From Candidatus Omnitrophota bacterium (lineage in GTDB: Bacteria; Omnitrophota; Gorgyraeia; Zapsychrales; Fredricksoniimonadaceae): 64,000 nucleotides of DNA. The DNA lies in NCBI GenBank assembly GCA_963828495.1, contig CAWHFJ010000013.1, positions 7,952-71,951 on the forward strand, written 5' to 3'. Below, one piece after another: positions 18,810 to 28,785 of the stretch. Under the pieces are notes generated by a model that searched no databases, was not told the origin of the DNA, and worked only from the letters and a program-made list of their open reading frames with translations. Each line of letters starts with the position of its first letter. Within the stretch, counting starts at the first letter, position 1. The translations under genes and the position numbers were made by a program.

Positions 18810-20044
18810 GCGCCATCTCCACCAGATGATGGGCCTGAGGGAGATTTTTTATGTTGATAAGCTGCGGACAAGGTGACCTTGCTGCCTTCTTTTAATTTGT
18901 CAGCTCCTTCGACCACAACCACCTCATCCTCTGACAATCCATCCTTAATGGCCACGTTATCTGTCTGGGTTGCCCCCAGCGTGACCGGGCGCACAGTCAC
19001 CGTCTTATCATCTTTGACCACGAAAACAAAATTTCCTTGAGGCCCTTGCTGGATCGCGGCGACCGGAATAATCACAGCCCCTTGGTCGACATCTACAAGC
19101 AGATGAATATTAACGAACTGGTTGGGAAACAAGGCATTATCTGTGTTTTCAAAAATCGCTTTGAGCTTAACTGTACCTGTGGTGGGATCGATCTGGCTGT
19201 CAACAGCAAGTAAATAGCCCATCGCTATCTTTTTAGTTTCCTCACGATCATAAGCCTCTGCCGTCAATTTTTCTCCGGCTTGATATTTACTAAGTACTTG
19301 CGGAAGATTGTCCTCGGGAATAGCAAATACGACTGTGATCGGCTGCAGCTTGGTGATCACGGCCAATCCGGTGGTATCACTAGGCGAAACAATATTACCG
19401 GCATCCTCCAGGCGTAACCCGATTTGCCCGCTGATGGGGGCCGTGACATGCGCATAAGTCAGCTGCAATTTGGCATTGTTGACTTGGGCCTCATCAACCT
19501 TCACTGTCCCTTCATACTGGTGGACCAAAGCATCCTGGGTATCCAATTGTTGTTTGGGTATGGAGTCTTGGGACCACAAGGCCTGATAGCGCGCCAAATC
19601 TAACTTGGCATCAGTGAGCAAGGACTTATCCTTGGCTAATTGCCCCTGGGCTTGGGACAACTGAATCTCAAATGGCCGGGTATCAATGAGGGCCAACAGA
19701 TCGCCCTGCTTGACAATTTGGCCTTCCTTGAATAACACTTGCATCAACTGCCCGCCCACCAGGTACTTGACCGTGACCGTATTAAGGGCCGTCACAGATC
19801 CCAAAGCATTGATATAAATGTCAATATCGCCTTTTTTTGCCGTCGCTGTCACAATAGGCGAATCGCTGGGCCCCCGCCCACCCTTGACAGAGCTGCTTCC
19901 GGCACTTAAAGAGGGGTTGCTAGAGGCTTGATGCTTATGCCAAAAAAAGTAGGCCCCAAGGCCCACCACTAAAACTATCACCACAAACCATTTCCACCGA
20001 GAAGGCCGACGGACCTTGGGCAAAGAACTTTTTTCAACCGCCAT
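18806..20044 (-). CDS. mdtA: RND periplasmic adaptor (membrane fusion protein), MdtA-like
   Basis: N-terminal TM anchor, then lipoyl/beta-barrel MFP sequence ([16 protein letters not shown]...AKLDLARY). Confidence 0.85.
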   Translation of the reverse strand: MAVEKSSLPKVRRPSRWKWFVVIVLVVGLGAYFFWHKHQASSNPSLSAGSSSVKGGRGPSDSPIVTATAKKGDIDIYINALGSVTALNTVTVKYLVGGQLMQVLFKEGQIVKQGDLLALIDTRPFEIQLSQAQGQLAKDKSLLTDAKLDLARYQALWSQDSIPKQQLDTQDALVHQYEGTVKVDEAQVNNAKLQLTYAHVTAPISGQIGLRLEDAGNIVSPSDTTGLAVITKLQPITVVFAIPEDNLPQVLSKYQAGEKLTAEAYDREETKKIAMGYLLAVDSQIDPTTGTVKLKAIFENTDNALFPNQFVNIHLLVDVDQGAVIIPVAAIQQGPQGNFVFVVKDDKTVTVRPVTLGATQTDNVAIKDGLSEDEVVVVEGADKLKEGSKVTLSAAYQHKKSPSGPSSGGDGA

Positions 20045-20055
20045 TAATCCTCCCT

Positions 20056-20448
20056 TTATTCTCCAGTACTAGAAGCACTCTCTGCCCCACCCGTTGCATA
20101 TCTATGCCGCGCATGGTTTTGCATATTGCTCCATTGACTCATTTGATCTTGGCTGAGAATTTGAGACAACTCTTGATTCTCATCTTCTCTCAACTGTTCC
20201 AACTGTCCATGCATGTCCCCCTTATCCAGGGTCCCATCCTTCAGGCTTTGCCGAAGTTCCTGGCGTTTGGAGATATATTTCTCAATGATCGGTGTAATGG
20301 CCGTCACTTGGTCCGGGGTCAAATTTAATTGAGATCGCAGCTTCGCGACCACATCCGCCGTTGTTTTAGACCCCTGTCCCTGTGCATAAACAGGCATCGT
20401 TACAAAAAGTAACGCTACGCATACACCGACCATTATTTTCACCTTCAT
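20056..20448 (-). CDS. Small periplasmic LTxxQ-type protein (Spy/CpxP-like, short form)
   Basis: Signal peptide plus [15 protein letters not shown] and [10 protein letters not shown] motifs. It is a paralogue of 9456..9791. Confidence 0.55.
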   Translation of the reverse strand: MKVKIMVGVCVALLFVTMPVYAQGQGSKTTADVVAKLRSQLNLTPDQVTAITPIIEKYISKRQELRQSLKDGTLDKGDMHGQLEQLREDENQELSQILSQDQMSQWSNMQNHARHRYATGGAESASSTGE

Positions 20449-20489
20449 ATTATATGCCTCTTCTTTATAATCAATATGACGATTTTTAT

Positions 20490-21179
20490 TTATTTTCCAT
20501 ACATCACTTTAAGTTGCGAAACTTTAGGAAATTCAGAATAGAACTCGCCTTGTGGTCCCACAAAACCATTGCCTGATCTCCTAATGACCACAGGCATATA
20601 CCCGCCACTATTATTAGGGACGTTAACCGTAAACGTATCCTGCATAACAGGAGCTGGTGCCGGTGGGGCTGGCGGAGCCACCACTGTTACCGCCGGCTGT
20701 GCCATCACAACAGGCTGTTCCATCACCACAGGCTGGGGCATCACAACAGGCTGCTCCACCACCCGATAACCATGACGGGTGTACACATAATAGATCCCGT
20801 CATTGAAATAATAGGTCATGCCATTGATAACAACCGGTTGAAAATCAGACGGAATGGCAGTCACCACAGCTCCTGCAGGAGGAGGCACGATCACATAATC
20901 TCCGTAGCCTGCATAGCGGTAGTACACCCCATCATAATAATAGTACCTCATCCCCCCTACCCAAACCGTAAAGCACCCGTCGGGCAGATAGTGCATGTGC
21001 AGACCATAATGAGGATGATCATGATAACGGTAAAAACGACGATCATCATCGTGATGATACCCCGGACCGCCGACACTAACGCCTATGCCCCAATCCGCGT
21101 AGGATAATCGGGGGGCGGCAAATAAAGCCAATACAAAAAGTCCGATAGATAATTTCGTTACACTGAGTTTGTTTAACAT
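20490..21179 (-). CDS. Secreted Tyr/Gly/Pro-rich protein, paralogue 2
   Basis: Preferred start is MLNKLSVTKLSIGLFVLALFAAP (ATG at 21179). It has INGMTYYFNDGIYYVYTRHGY, QPVVM repeats, and the C-terminus VNVPNNSGGY...GFVGPQGEFYSEFPKVSQLKVMYGK. The longer ORF start reads through a palindromic repeat. Confidence 0.6.
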   Translation of the reverse strand: MLNKLSVTKLSIGLFVLALFAAPRLSYADWGIGVSVGGPGYHHDDDRRFYRYHDHPHYGLHMHYLPDGCFTVWVGGMRYYYYDGVYYRYAGYGDYVIVPPPAGAVVTAIPSDFQPVVINGMTYYFNDGIYYVYTRHGYRVVEQPVVMPQPVVMEQPVVMAQPAVTVVAPPAPPAPAPVMQDTFTVNVPNNSGGYMPVVIRRSGNGFVGPQGEFYSEFPKVSQLKVMYGK

Positions 21180-21198
21180 ACGCCTTTCTCCTTTGTTA

Positions 21199-21236
21199 TC
21201 ACCCCCACCTAACCTCCCCCATTCAGGGGGAGGAAT
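21199..21236. repeat. GC-rich palindromic element (CACCCCCACCTAAC type), copy 2
   Basis: CACCCCCACCTAACCTCCCCCATTCAGGGGGAGGAATA, with stem CCTCCCCC/GGGGGAGG. Confidence 0.6.
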
Positions 21237-21266
21237 AGCGATGGGCACTTAAACTATTAAAATTGA

Positions 21267-21833
21267 TTACTCTCCAAATTCAGGAGGATGTCCCTTATCC
21301 CCTTTGTTGCCCCAATCTTTATGCTCTTCTCCATGTTTACCCCAAGCGCATGGGGGGCCGAATTTCTTGTGCTCTTGTTTCATTAATTTTCTTTCTTTTT
21401 TCAAGGCCATGAAACCTGCAAATTGCTCAGGCGTCATAATTTTCTTCATTTCCAGAACGGAATTTAATTGATTATCCGCCATCTGTGCTTGAATAGTTTT
21501 CAATTGATTCTGAAGATCATTGATCTTATTCATGTCCGGGGTGGCCTTCACGATTTCTTCATTAAAGGCTTCCCTGTTTGTCTTGATGGCCTCAAAAGTA
21601 CTTTTCATCGTGTCCCGCTGTTTTTGCTTAATCGCTTTTAGCTGCTTTTGCTGGTCTTCAGTCAAGTTAAGGACTCGGGCCATCAAATGATGCTTCCCAT
21701 GATGACATTCCTGCCATCCCTTGAAAGAATCAGTTCCAGCCGCAAAATTACCGCCATTATCCGCGTAAACGATTGACGAAGATAAAACCATGGCCGCTAC
21801 CATTAACCCCGTTAATTTAGCTTTTGTTCTCAT
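21267..21833 (-). CDS. Spy/CpxP family periplasmic chaperone-like protein
   Basis: Signal peptide plus two LTxxQ-type motifs (LNLTEDQQKQL and IMTPEQFAGF) in a helical Lys/Gln-rich protein. Both ends are His-rich. Confidence 0.7.
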   Translation of the reverse strand: MRTKAKLTGLMVAAMVLSSSIVYADNGGNFAAGTDSFKGWQECHHGKHHLMARVLNLTEDQQKQLKAIKQKQRDTMKSTFEAIKTNREAFNEEIVKATPDMNKINDLQNQLKTIQAQMADNQLNSVLEMKKIMTPEQFAGFMALKKERKLMKQEHKKFGPPCAWGKHGEEHKDWGNKGDKGHPPEFGE

Positions 21834-21851
21834 ATGCCCTCTCCTTTTGAA

Positions 21852-21883
21852 CCCCGCCGCTCGGGCCTACAGCCCAGGCGGGG
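21852..21883 (-). promoter_or_regulatory. Conserved GC-rich leader/intercistronic hairpin, copy 2
   Basis: The minus strand reads CCCCGCCTGGGCTGTAGGCCCGAGCGGCGGGG, followed by AAGGAGAG and the ATG at 21833. Confidence 0.5.
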
Positions 21884-21888
21884 CTATA

Positions 21889-22401
21889 CTACAAAAAATA
21901 TTTCTCAATAGGTGTCCCCAAATCTGCACTCTCACTGCCAGAGACACCTCCTGAAACATCTGTCAGCAAACTCAAATATTCGACTTGTCCCACTTCATCA
22001 ATCTTAACCGCTGGATTGTTCATCATAAATTGAGGCAGTATGCCAATCATAAGAATTAAAGTGACAACGGATGCCAGAGCAAATACCGGTCTAGGGAAAA
22101 TGGGAACAGCTACCAATTCCCTAATAGAACTCAACCGTTGGCAAATTTCCGCTATTAAGTTTGTTTTTGCCTCTTGCCGGGCCCTAATCTCTGCTCTAAC
22201 CTGGTCCCAAATAACGACCGGGACCTCTTGCTTTTCCACATTAATAAAAGGCTTAACAACCCTTTCTTGGGCAATACTGGCAAACTCTTTACAATGCTGA
22301 CAATGCGCCAAATGCTCTTCAATGGCGCACTTATGCTTGTCGTCTAATTGGCCGTCCATATAATCCGTGAGGATGATCTCTTGAATTTTTCGGCAGTTCA
22401 T
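21889..22401 (-). CDS. Anti-sigma factor (zf-HC2 type) with one TM helix
   Basis: N-terminal HLAHCQHCKEF (H-x3-C-x2-C), a central TM segment (VFALASVVTLILMIGILP) and a periplasmic tail. No ECF sigma gene is adjacent. Confidence 0.75.
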   Translation of the reverse strand: MNCRKIQEIILTDYMDGQLDDKHKCAIEEHLAHCQHCKEFASIAQERVVKPFINVEKQEVPVVIWDQVRAEIRARQEAKTNLIAEICQRLSSIRELVAVPIFPRPVFALASVVTLILMIGILPQFMMNNPAVKIDEVGQVEYLSLLTDVSGGVSGSESADLGTPIEKYFL

Positions 22402-22426
22402 TTTTGGTTAACCCCCTTTCACCTAT

Positions 22427-22455
22427 TTAGACAATCAACGGGGTCAAAAAGTTCC
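22427..22455 (-). promoter_or_regulatory. ECF sigma-type promoter P2 (GGAACTT-N16-GTCTAA)
   Basis: The minus strand reads TGGAACTTTTTGACCCCGTTGATTGTCTAA. The -35 is at 22449-22455 and the -10 at 22427-22432. It lies 25 nt upstream of the anti-sigma ATG. Confidence 0.7.
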
Positions 22456-22456
22456 A

Positions 22457-23881
22457 CTATTTTTCCCAACCTCCACCCAGCGCTTTATATAAAACAACCA
22501 ACGCCTGTAGCTCATTGCGCTGGGCTTGGGCCAATTCAAGTTGGGCAGAATAATATCTCGTATTACTATCCAGCACTTCCAGATAACTGGATGTCCCGCC
22601 CTTATAGCGCAATTCAGACAATCGCGCCGCGTCCTTGGCCGATTGAGTCAACATTTCCTGTTGCGTCCTAAATTCCTGATTTTTGCGGTAGGCCACCAGC
22701 GCGTCGGAGACTTCCCTAAATGCCTGTTGTATCGTCTTACGGTAAAAATGCAAGGCTTCCTGCTGTTGGGCCTTAGCGAATTTGACCCCGGCCCGGATCC
22801 GTCCGGCGGTAAAGATCGGCTGTGTCAGGGTGCCGACAATGTCCCAAAGTCCGCTGGGTCCGCTAAAAAGTTTGCTTAGCGCGGCACTTTGATACCCGCC
22901 GGTTGCGGTCAAGCTGATATCCGGGAAATACGCCCCCTGGGCCACGCCAATCTGCGCGTTATACGCAACCAATTGCTGCTCGGCTTGCTGAATATCCGGC
23001 CTGCGTTCCAGCAAAGAGGAAGGAAGTCCGGCAGGAACCACCGGTGCATGCGGCTGTTGGGTCAAGACCCGTCCGCGTTCAACACTACCCGGGTTATTCC
23101 CCAAAAGAATACTGATTAAATTTTCCTGTTGCTCGATCCTGCGTTCCAGGTCAGGCACACTTTTGGCTGCGGTGTACACTAATTGCTCGGCTTGGCGTAC
23201 ATCTAACATCGACGCAGAACCATGGTCAGCCAAATGCTTGATAAGCCCTAAGGAATCCTGCTGGGAGGCCAACGTGCGTTTGGAAATTTCTAACTCCATG
23301 TCTAATTCACGCAGTTGGAAATACGCGCTACTCACGTCCGCAATCAAGGAAGTAATCACCGCCTGACGGGCCCAGTGGCTCGCCAACAGATTGGCCCTGG
23401 AAACTTCAATCATCCGGCGATATTTTCCCCAAAAATCAAGGTCCCATGTCACCGTTCCAGTAAACGAATAGGCGCCCAGCTCATACGGATTGGATGAAGG
23501 CATCCTTTCAATCCGCTCTCCGATGATCCCAGTCCCTGCAGTGATAGTCGGCAGTTCATAACTACTCGTTATCGTCAACTGTGCTTGTGCTTCGAGAATG
23601 CGGTCTGCCGCGATACGCACGTCATAATTTTGCTGCAAGGCCGTATGGATCAACTCCTGCAGTTTGCTGTCTTGAAAAACTTCCCCCCATTTCTGCTCAC
23701 CGATAGAAGCACTGCCTATTGATGAATCAGGAGATATCCCCCGATAGGCTCCCGGGACATCAACGCTAGGTTTCTTATAATTAGGGCCAATCGCGCAACC
23801 GGCCAATAAGGCGCATAATAAAACAAGAGATTGCTTCGCCCATCGGGCTCGCAATGACACTGCTGTTATACCTCTGTTCAT
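22457..23881 (-). CDS. Outer-membrane efflux factor (NodT/TolC family lipoprotein)
   Basis: Preferred start is MNRGITAV (ATG at 23881, ATGA overlap with the RND stop). Lipobox is LLAGCAIGPNYKKP. The sequence is a full-length OMF ending ALGGGWEK. Confidence 0.85.
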   Translation of the reverse strand: MNRGITAVSLRARWAKQSLVLLCALLAGCAIGPNYKKPSVDVPGAYRGISPDSSIGSASIGEQKWGEVFQDSKLQELIHTALQQNYDVRIAADRILEAQAQLTITSSYELPTITAGTGIIGERIERMPSSNPYELGAYSFTGTVTWDLDFWGKYRRMIEVSRANLLASHWARQAVITSLIADVSSAYFQLRELDMELEISKRTLASQQDSLGLIKHLADHGSASMLDVRQAEQLVYTAAKSVPDLERRIEQQENLISILLGNNPGSVERGRVLTQQPHAPVVPAGLPSSLLERRPDIQQAEQQLVAYNAQIGVAQGAYFPDISLTATGGYQSAALSKLFSGPSGLWDIVGTLTQPIFTAGRIRAGVKFAKAQQQEALHFYRKTIQQAFREVSDALVAYRKNQEFRTQQEMLTQSAKDAARLSELRYKGGTSSYLEVLDSNTRYYSAQLELAQAQRNELQALVVLYKALGGGWEK

Positions 23882-26800
23882 TTTATATGCTCCACTGGCT
23901 TTTTCTTCTTTGCAAACCGCTCTGTAATGACAAACAAAGCGGGAATGATAAAAATCGCTATCATCGTTGCTGTCAACATGCCGGCAATGACCACTGTTCC
24001 CAGCACCTGGCGCGCGACGGAGCCGGAGCCTTTGGCAAACCACAGCGGCAGACAGCCCAAGATAAAAGCAAAAGAAGTCATCAGGATCGGACGAAAACGA
24101 AGCCTCGCTCCCTCCAGCGCCGCATCTATAGTATCGCGGCCTTTTTCATGTTCCATTTTGGCAAACTCCACGATCAGAATGGCGTTCTTGGCGGACAGAC
24201 CTATGAGCATGATCAAACCGATCTGGGAATAAACATTAAGATCAAAATGGCGCATGAAAAGCCCCGCAAAAGCGCCACAGATTGCGATGGGCACGGAAAG
24301 CAAAACTGAAAATGGTAACGACCAACTTTCGTAAAGAGCGGCGAGGATCAAAAATACTACAACGATCGACAACGCGAAAATAGGACCTGCAGTTCCCGCC
24401 ACTGTTTTCTCCTGAAAGGAAAGGTCACTATAATCATACCCCATATTAAGCGGCAAGGTCTCACGGGCCACCTCTTCAAGTGCCGCCAGCGCTTGACCCG
24501 AGCTATAGCCCGGCGCTGCGGACCCCAGAATCTGGGCCGCGCGGTAAAGGTTAAAACGGTTGGTGTACTCGGTGCCGAAGATTTTTTTAATGGTGACTAT
24601 GCTCGAAAGCGGAACCATGTCTTGATTACTATTGCGCACATAAAACTGGTTGATACTCTCGGAACGCATCCTGTCTTCGCCTTCTGCCTGTACCAAAACC
24701 TTCCATTGCCGGCCAAAACGGTTGAATTGATTGACATACAACCCCCCCAGAAAAGCCTGCAGCGTCTGATAAACGCTGCCTATATCCACCCCTTGTTTCA
24801 ATACTTTATCGCGGTCGACATCAGCGTACAGTTGAGGAACGGTCGCAGAAAATCCTGAAATAACCCCTGCAAGCTCCGGCCGTTTTTTACAAGCCGCTAA
24901 GAATTTCTTGACATTCTGGTCAAGAAATTCAATCGACCCGCCGCTTTTGTCCTGCAGCCAAAACGAAAAACCGCCGGAAGTCCCGAGTCCCGGAATAGCC
25001 GGCGGCAATCCGGCAAAAGCTCTGGCCTCGGGCACTTCGGTCGCCAATCTTCTATTGATATTGTTAATGACCGATTGAATTTGTAATTGTCGTGATGTGC
25101 GTTCATCCCACGGAGAGAGTGTCACAAAAAAGAACCCATTGTAGCTGGCTGAAACACGGGTCAACAAACTAAATCCGGAAATACTCGTATAATATTGGAT
25201 CCCCGGAGTGGTCGCCAGGATCCCTTCAATTTTATGAGCCACCTTGTCCGTCCTCTCCAGCGAAGAAGCAGTAGGCAGCTGCAGATTGAGAAAACAGAAA
25301 CCATAATCTTCATTAGGCAGAAACCCTGTCGGGATCTTCCACCCCATCGCTCCATGTCTAAAACCGCGAAGCCGCGCCAAGAAGAATCATGCCTATCAGG
25401 GCCTTGCGGATAACGACAAGGCTCCATTGACCATACTTTTGTGTTACTTTTTTAAACCATTGATTGAAACGATCAAAAAAATTGGCTAAAAAGCTATGGG
25501 ATGCCGCATGACGAGGCCGTAACAAAATTGAGGCCAAGCGCCGGTGAAAGGCTCAGGGCATTAAACGCTGAAATAAGGACCGAAATGGCCACGGTCAAGG
25601 CAAACTGCTTGTTTAAACTCCCCTGGATCCCGCTCATTAACGCAACGGGAATAAATACGGAAGAAAGCACCAGTGCTATGCCTATGACGGGACCGGAAAC
25701 TTCCTCCATGGCCTTAAACGCCGCATCCCTTGGCGTCATCCCTTCCCCTATATGACGCTCAATGGCCTCCACCACCACGATAGCATCGTCGACTACAAGG
25801 CCGATGGCCAACACAAGACCGAACAGCGATAGCGTATTGATGGAGAAATGTAAAAACGGGAAAAAAGCAAAAGTGCCGATCAAAGAAACAGGGACAGCGA
25901 TCATAGGAATAAGTGTGGCCCGCCAATTTTGCAGGAAAAGAAAAACGACCAAGGTGACCAGGAGCATCGCGATCAGAGCGTTATTAAAATCTCCCGGATC
26001 CCTTCAGTCACCGGCAAGGTAGTGTCCAACGCCACTGTATAGTCAAGGTCAGCCGGGAAACGATCTTTGAGCTTTGCCAATGCCTTTTTGATCCCTTCGG
26101 CGACCTGTATAGCGTTAGAACCTGGGGTTTGAAAAACAGCAATATTACAGCTGGGCTGGCCGTTAAATCTCCCAATGACTTGATAGTTCAAAGCGCCCAA
26201 CTCAATGCGGGCCACATCTTTCAGGCGTACAAATGAACCGTCCGGATTGGAGCGTATCACAATTTGCCCAAATTCCTCAGGAGTAACCAGCCGCCCCTGG
26301 GCCCTGACAGTATAAGTTTTTTCTTTACCCTTGGGGGCCGGTTCAGATCCCACCTGGCCGGCAGGATTGACGGTATTCTGCTCTCCGACGGCGTTAACGA
26401 TATCGGCAACGATTAGACCCAGCTTCGCCAGCATTTGCGGCTTGACCCAAATGCGCATCGTATAATCCCCTGCGCCAAAAATCCTGACTTCGCCGACACC
26501 CGGAACACGATAAAGCACATCATTAATATTAATATTCGCATAGTTAGCCAGAAAAAGAGATTTATACGTCTTGTGAGGTGAAAACAAGGAGACGATCATC
26601 ATCGGGAAGCCTGTTGACTTACGAAATGCCAACCCATATTGATTAACATCCGGAGGTAAATTAGGCTGTGCCTGTGCCAGGCGATTTTGCACGTTGACCT
26701 GGTCGATGTTAGAATCACTGTCTACGCTAAAAGTAATGGCTTCTTGGAAGGTGCCGTCATTGGCGTTGGTCGACTGCATGTAAAGCATGTTCTCAACACC

Positions 26801-27010
26801 ATTCATGGATTGCTCTATGGGTGTTGCTACCGACTGCTCGATGGTGATTGCGTCGGCCCCCGTATATGCTGTGCTGACAAAAATCTGCGGCGGGACAATC
26901 TGAGGGAATTGGGCCAGAGGCAACCCCTGTATCGCCACAAGACCGGCGATAACAGTCAAAATGGCGATGACCATCGCCACGATAGGGCGGTTAATAAAGA
27001 ATTTTGACAT
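23878..27010 (-). pseudogene. RND efflux permease (AcrB-like, HAE-1) broken by about 3 frameshifts
   Basis: Fragments are 25973..27010 (MSKFFINRPIVAMVIAIL), 25494..25967 ([18 protein letters not shown]), an unlisted frame at 25381-25530, and 23878..25380. Confidence 0.8.
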
Positions 27011-27054
27011 AATTGTAATTACCTTTTAGTGGTCATTGACAAGCATTCTTCAGT

Positions 27055-27124
27055 GTCATTGCGAGGAGCGAAGCGACGAAGCAATCTCTTAAAAACGGGA
27101 TTGCTTCGCTTCGCTCGCAATGAC
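27055..27124. repeat. Long palindromic element (GTCATTGCGAGGAGCGAAGCGACGAAGCAATC ... GATTGCTTCGCTTCGCTCGCAATGAC)
   Basis: Near-perfect inverted repeat arms at 27055-27086 and 27099-27124. It supplies the last codons (VIASEAKQSRF) of the MFP ORF. Confidence 0.7.
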
Positions 27125-28247
27125 ACCAGTAGTCACATTAACTACCGCTCCGTCTTTGACATTCTGTACGCCTTCGACAACTACGCGCTCGTCGGGTTGG
27201 AGGCCCTCATTGATGATCCACATCGAATCCACAGTCTCACCGACTTTGACCGTACGTATCGCAACCTTATTATCGCTACCGACAACCGCAACCTGATAAC
27301 TCCCCTGAAGCTCCATGACTGCGCGTTGAGGCACCAGAATCGTGCATTTCTCTCACACTCATCACCGCGCGCACGCGCCCAAACTGTCCGGGGCGCAAAA
27401 TATTGCCCGGATTAGGGAACGATACCGCAACAAGAATGGTCCCGGTGCCGGTGTCTATCTGACGGTCCGCAAAAATAAAGGCCCCTTTTTCCGGATAAGT
27501 TTCTCCATTGCCCAAAATCAAAGTCAGCTGAGAATCTTCCTGAGGAGGCTCTTGATCCCCCGATGCGGCCGCATCAATTTTTTTAGTGAAACTGAAATAT
27601 TCCTGCTCACTCATAGACACATAAGCTTTGATAGGGTCCACTTGCGAAACGGTAGTCAACTGTGTCGTGGGCCCGACCAAATCCCCGATCTGCCCTTTGG
27701 CAATCCCCGCAATCCCGTCGACGAGGGACTTGACCTTGGTAAAGTCTAAATTTAATTGGGCCTGGGCGACATCGGCCTGGGCGGATTCGACCGCGGCCCT
27801 AGCCGACAACTCTGCCTGGATATCGTCGTCCAACTGGCTTTGGGCAATGGCTTTTTCTGCGGCCAGCGGTGTATCGCGCTTGACATCCAGTGTCGTCTTG
27901 CCTAATTGGGCCTGAGCTTGGGCCAGCGCTCCCCGGGCTCTTTCCAGAGCTACCTGAAACGGACGGGGATCAATCTCAAAAAGCACATCATTCTTATGGA
28001 CAAGAGAGCCTTCCTTATATATCTGCCCCACCAGATAACCTGAAACCTGCGGCTGAATATGCGCGTTGACATACCCGTCTAAGGTCGTGACCCATTCTCT
28101 ATAAACAGGAACGTCTTTCTGAACGACACCGGCAACTTCCACATTAGCCACCATAGCAGGGGGCGCCACCGGTTTGTTCTGGCATCCCTGAAAGCATAAA
28201 GTAACCGCTATCGTCAATAAGAATAAAGAGAATCGAAGAATATTCAT
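27089..28247 (-). pseudogene. RND periplasmic adaptor (AcrA-like MFP lipoprotein) with one frameshift near 27340
   Basis: ORF 27276..28247 (lipobox LCFQGC, MFP core) continues in ORF 27089..27334 (ILVPQRAVMELQGSYQVAVV). Confidence 0.8.
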
Positions 28248-28253
28248 AGTCCC

Positions 28254-28709
28254 CTATGCCCCCCTATTTTCATAAGAAAAACTTTCCACAATTTTCTCCA
28301 GGATCCTTAAATAATCTTCCCTTTCTTTGGCGCTGACCCGGCTGAAAACCTGCATAAACGCTTTTCGCCGCCGCTGGTTGTCCTCCAGCAGAATTTTCTT
28401 GCCCTTGGCACTTAACGCCACGAAAACCGTACGCCTGTCTTCCCTGCCACGTTGGCGTATGACAAACCCTGTCTTGACCAATCTATCAATAATGGTAGTT
28501 ACGGCGGAAAATTTGACCTTGAGGGCGCCCACCAAGGTATTCATCTTGCAAGGGCCGCACGCGGACAAACATTCCAAAACCAAGAGCTGGGTGGTGGTAA
28601 TCCCTCTGCGGATTAAAGAATGGTTCTCATAGCAGGCAAGCTCAACCTTTAATTTGGGGACAAGTTCAACCATGCGGCTGCCAAACTCATCCAATCTTAA
28701 TTGCCCCAT
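28254..28709 (-). CDS. MarR family transcriptional regulator
   Basis: Winged-helix segment TTTQLLVLECL...MNTLVGALKVKFSAVTTIIDRLVKTGFVIRQRGREDRRTVFVALSAKG. Confidence 0.85.
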   Translation of the reverse strand: MGQLRLDEFGSRMVELVPKLKVELACYENHSLIRRGITTTQLLVLECLSACGPCKMNTLVGALKVKFSAVTTIIDRLVKTGFVIRQRGREDRRTVFVALSAKGKKILLEDNQRRRKAFMQVFSRVSAKEREDYLRILEKIVESFSYENRGA

Positions 28710-28751
28710 AGCCCCTCATTTATTTATCAATGTGAAATATTATCCTTATTA

Positions 28752-28780
28752 AATATATACCACGCCAACTAAGCCGTCAA
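28752..28780 (-). promoter_or_regulatory. Putative sigma70-type promoter for the marR-RND operon (TTGACG-N17-TATATT)
   Basis: On the minus strand the -35 TTGACG is at 28775-28780 and the -10 TATATT at 28752-28757, about 43 nt upstream of the marR ATG. Confidence 0.45.
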
Positions 28781-28785
28781 GACAA

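Noticed and set aside
20569-21107. Plus-strand ORFs antisense to the Tyr-rich protein gene (TTG/ITT-rich and HH/II-rich peptides)
   Set aside because: They mirror the QPVVM and YY/HH repeats of the minus-strand gene. That gene has a signal peptide and a conserved paralogue, so these are shadow ORFs.
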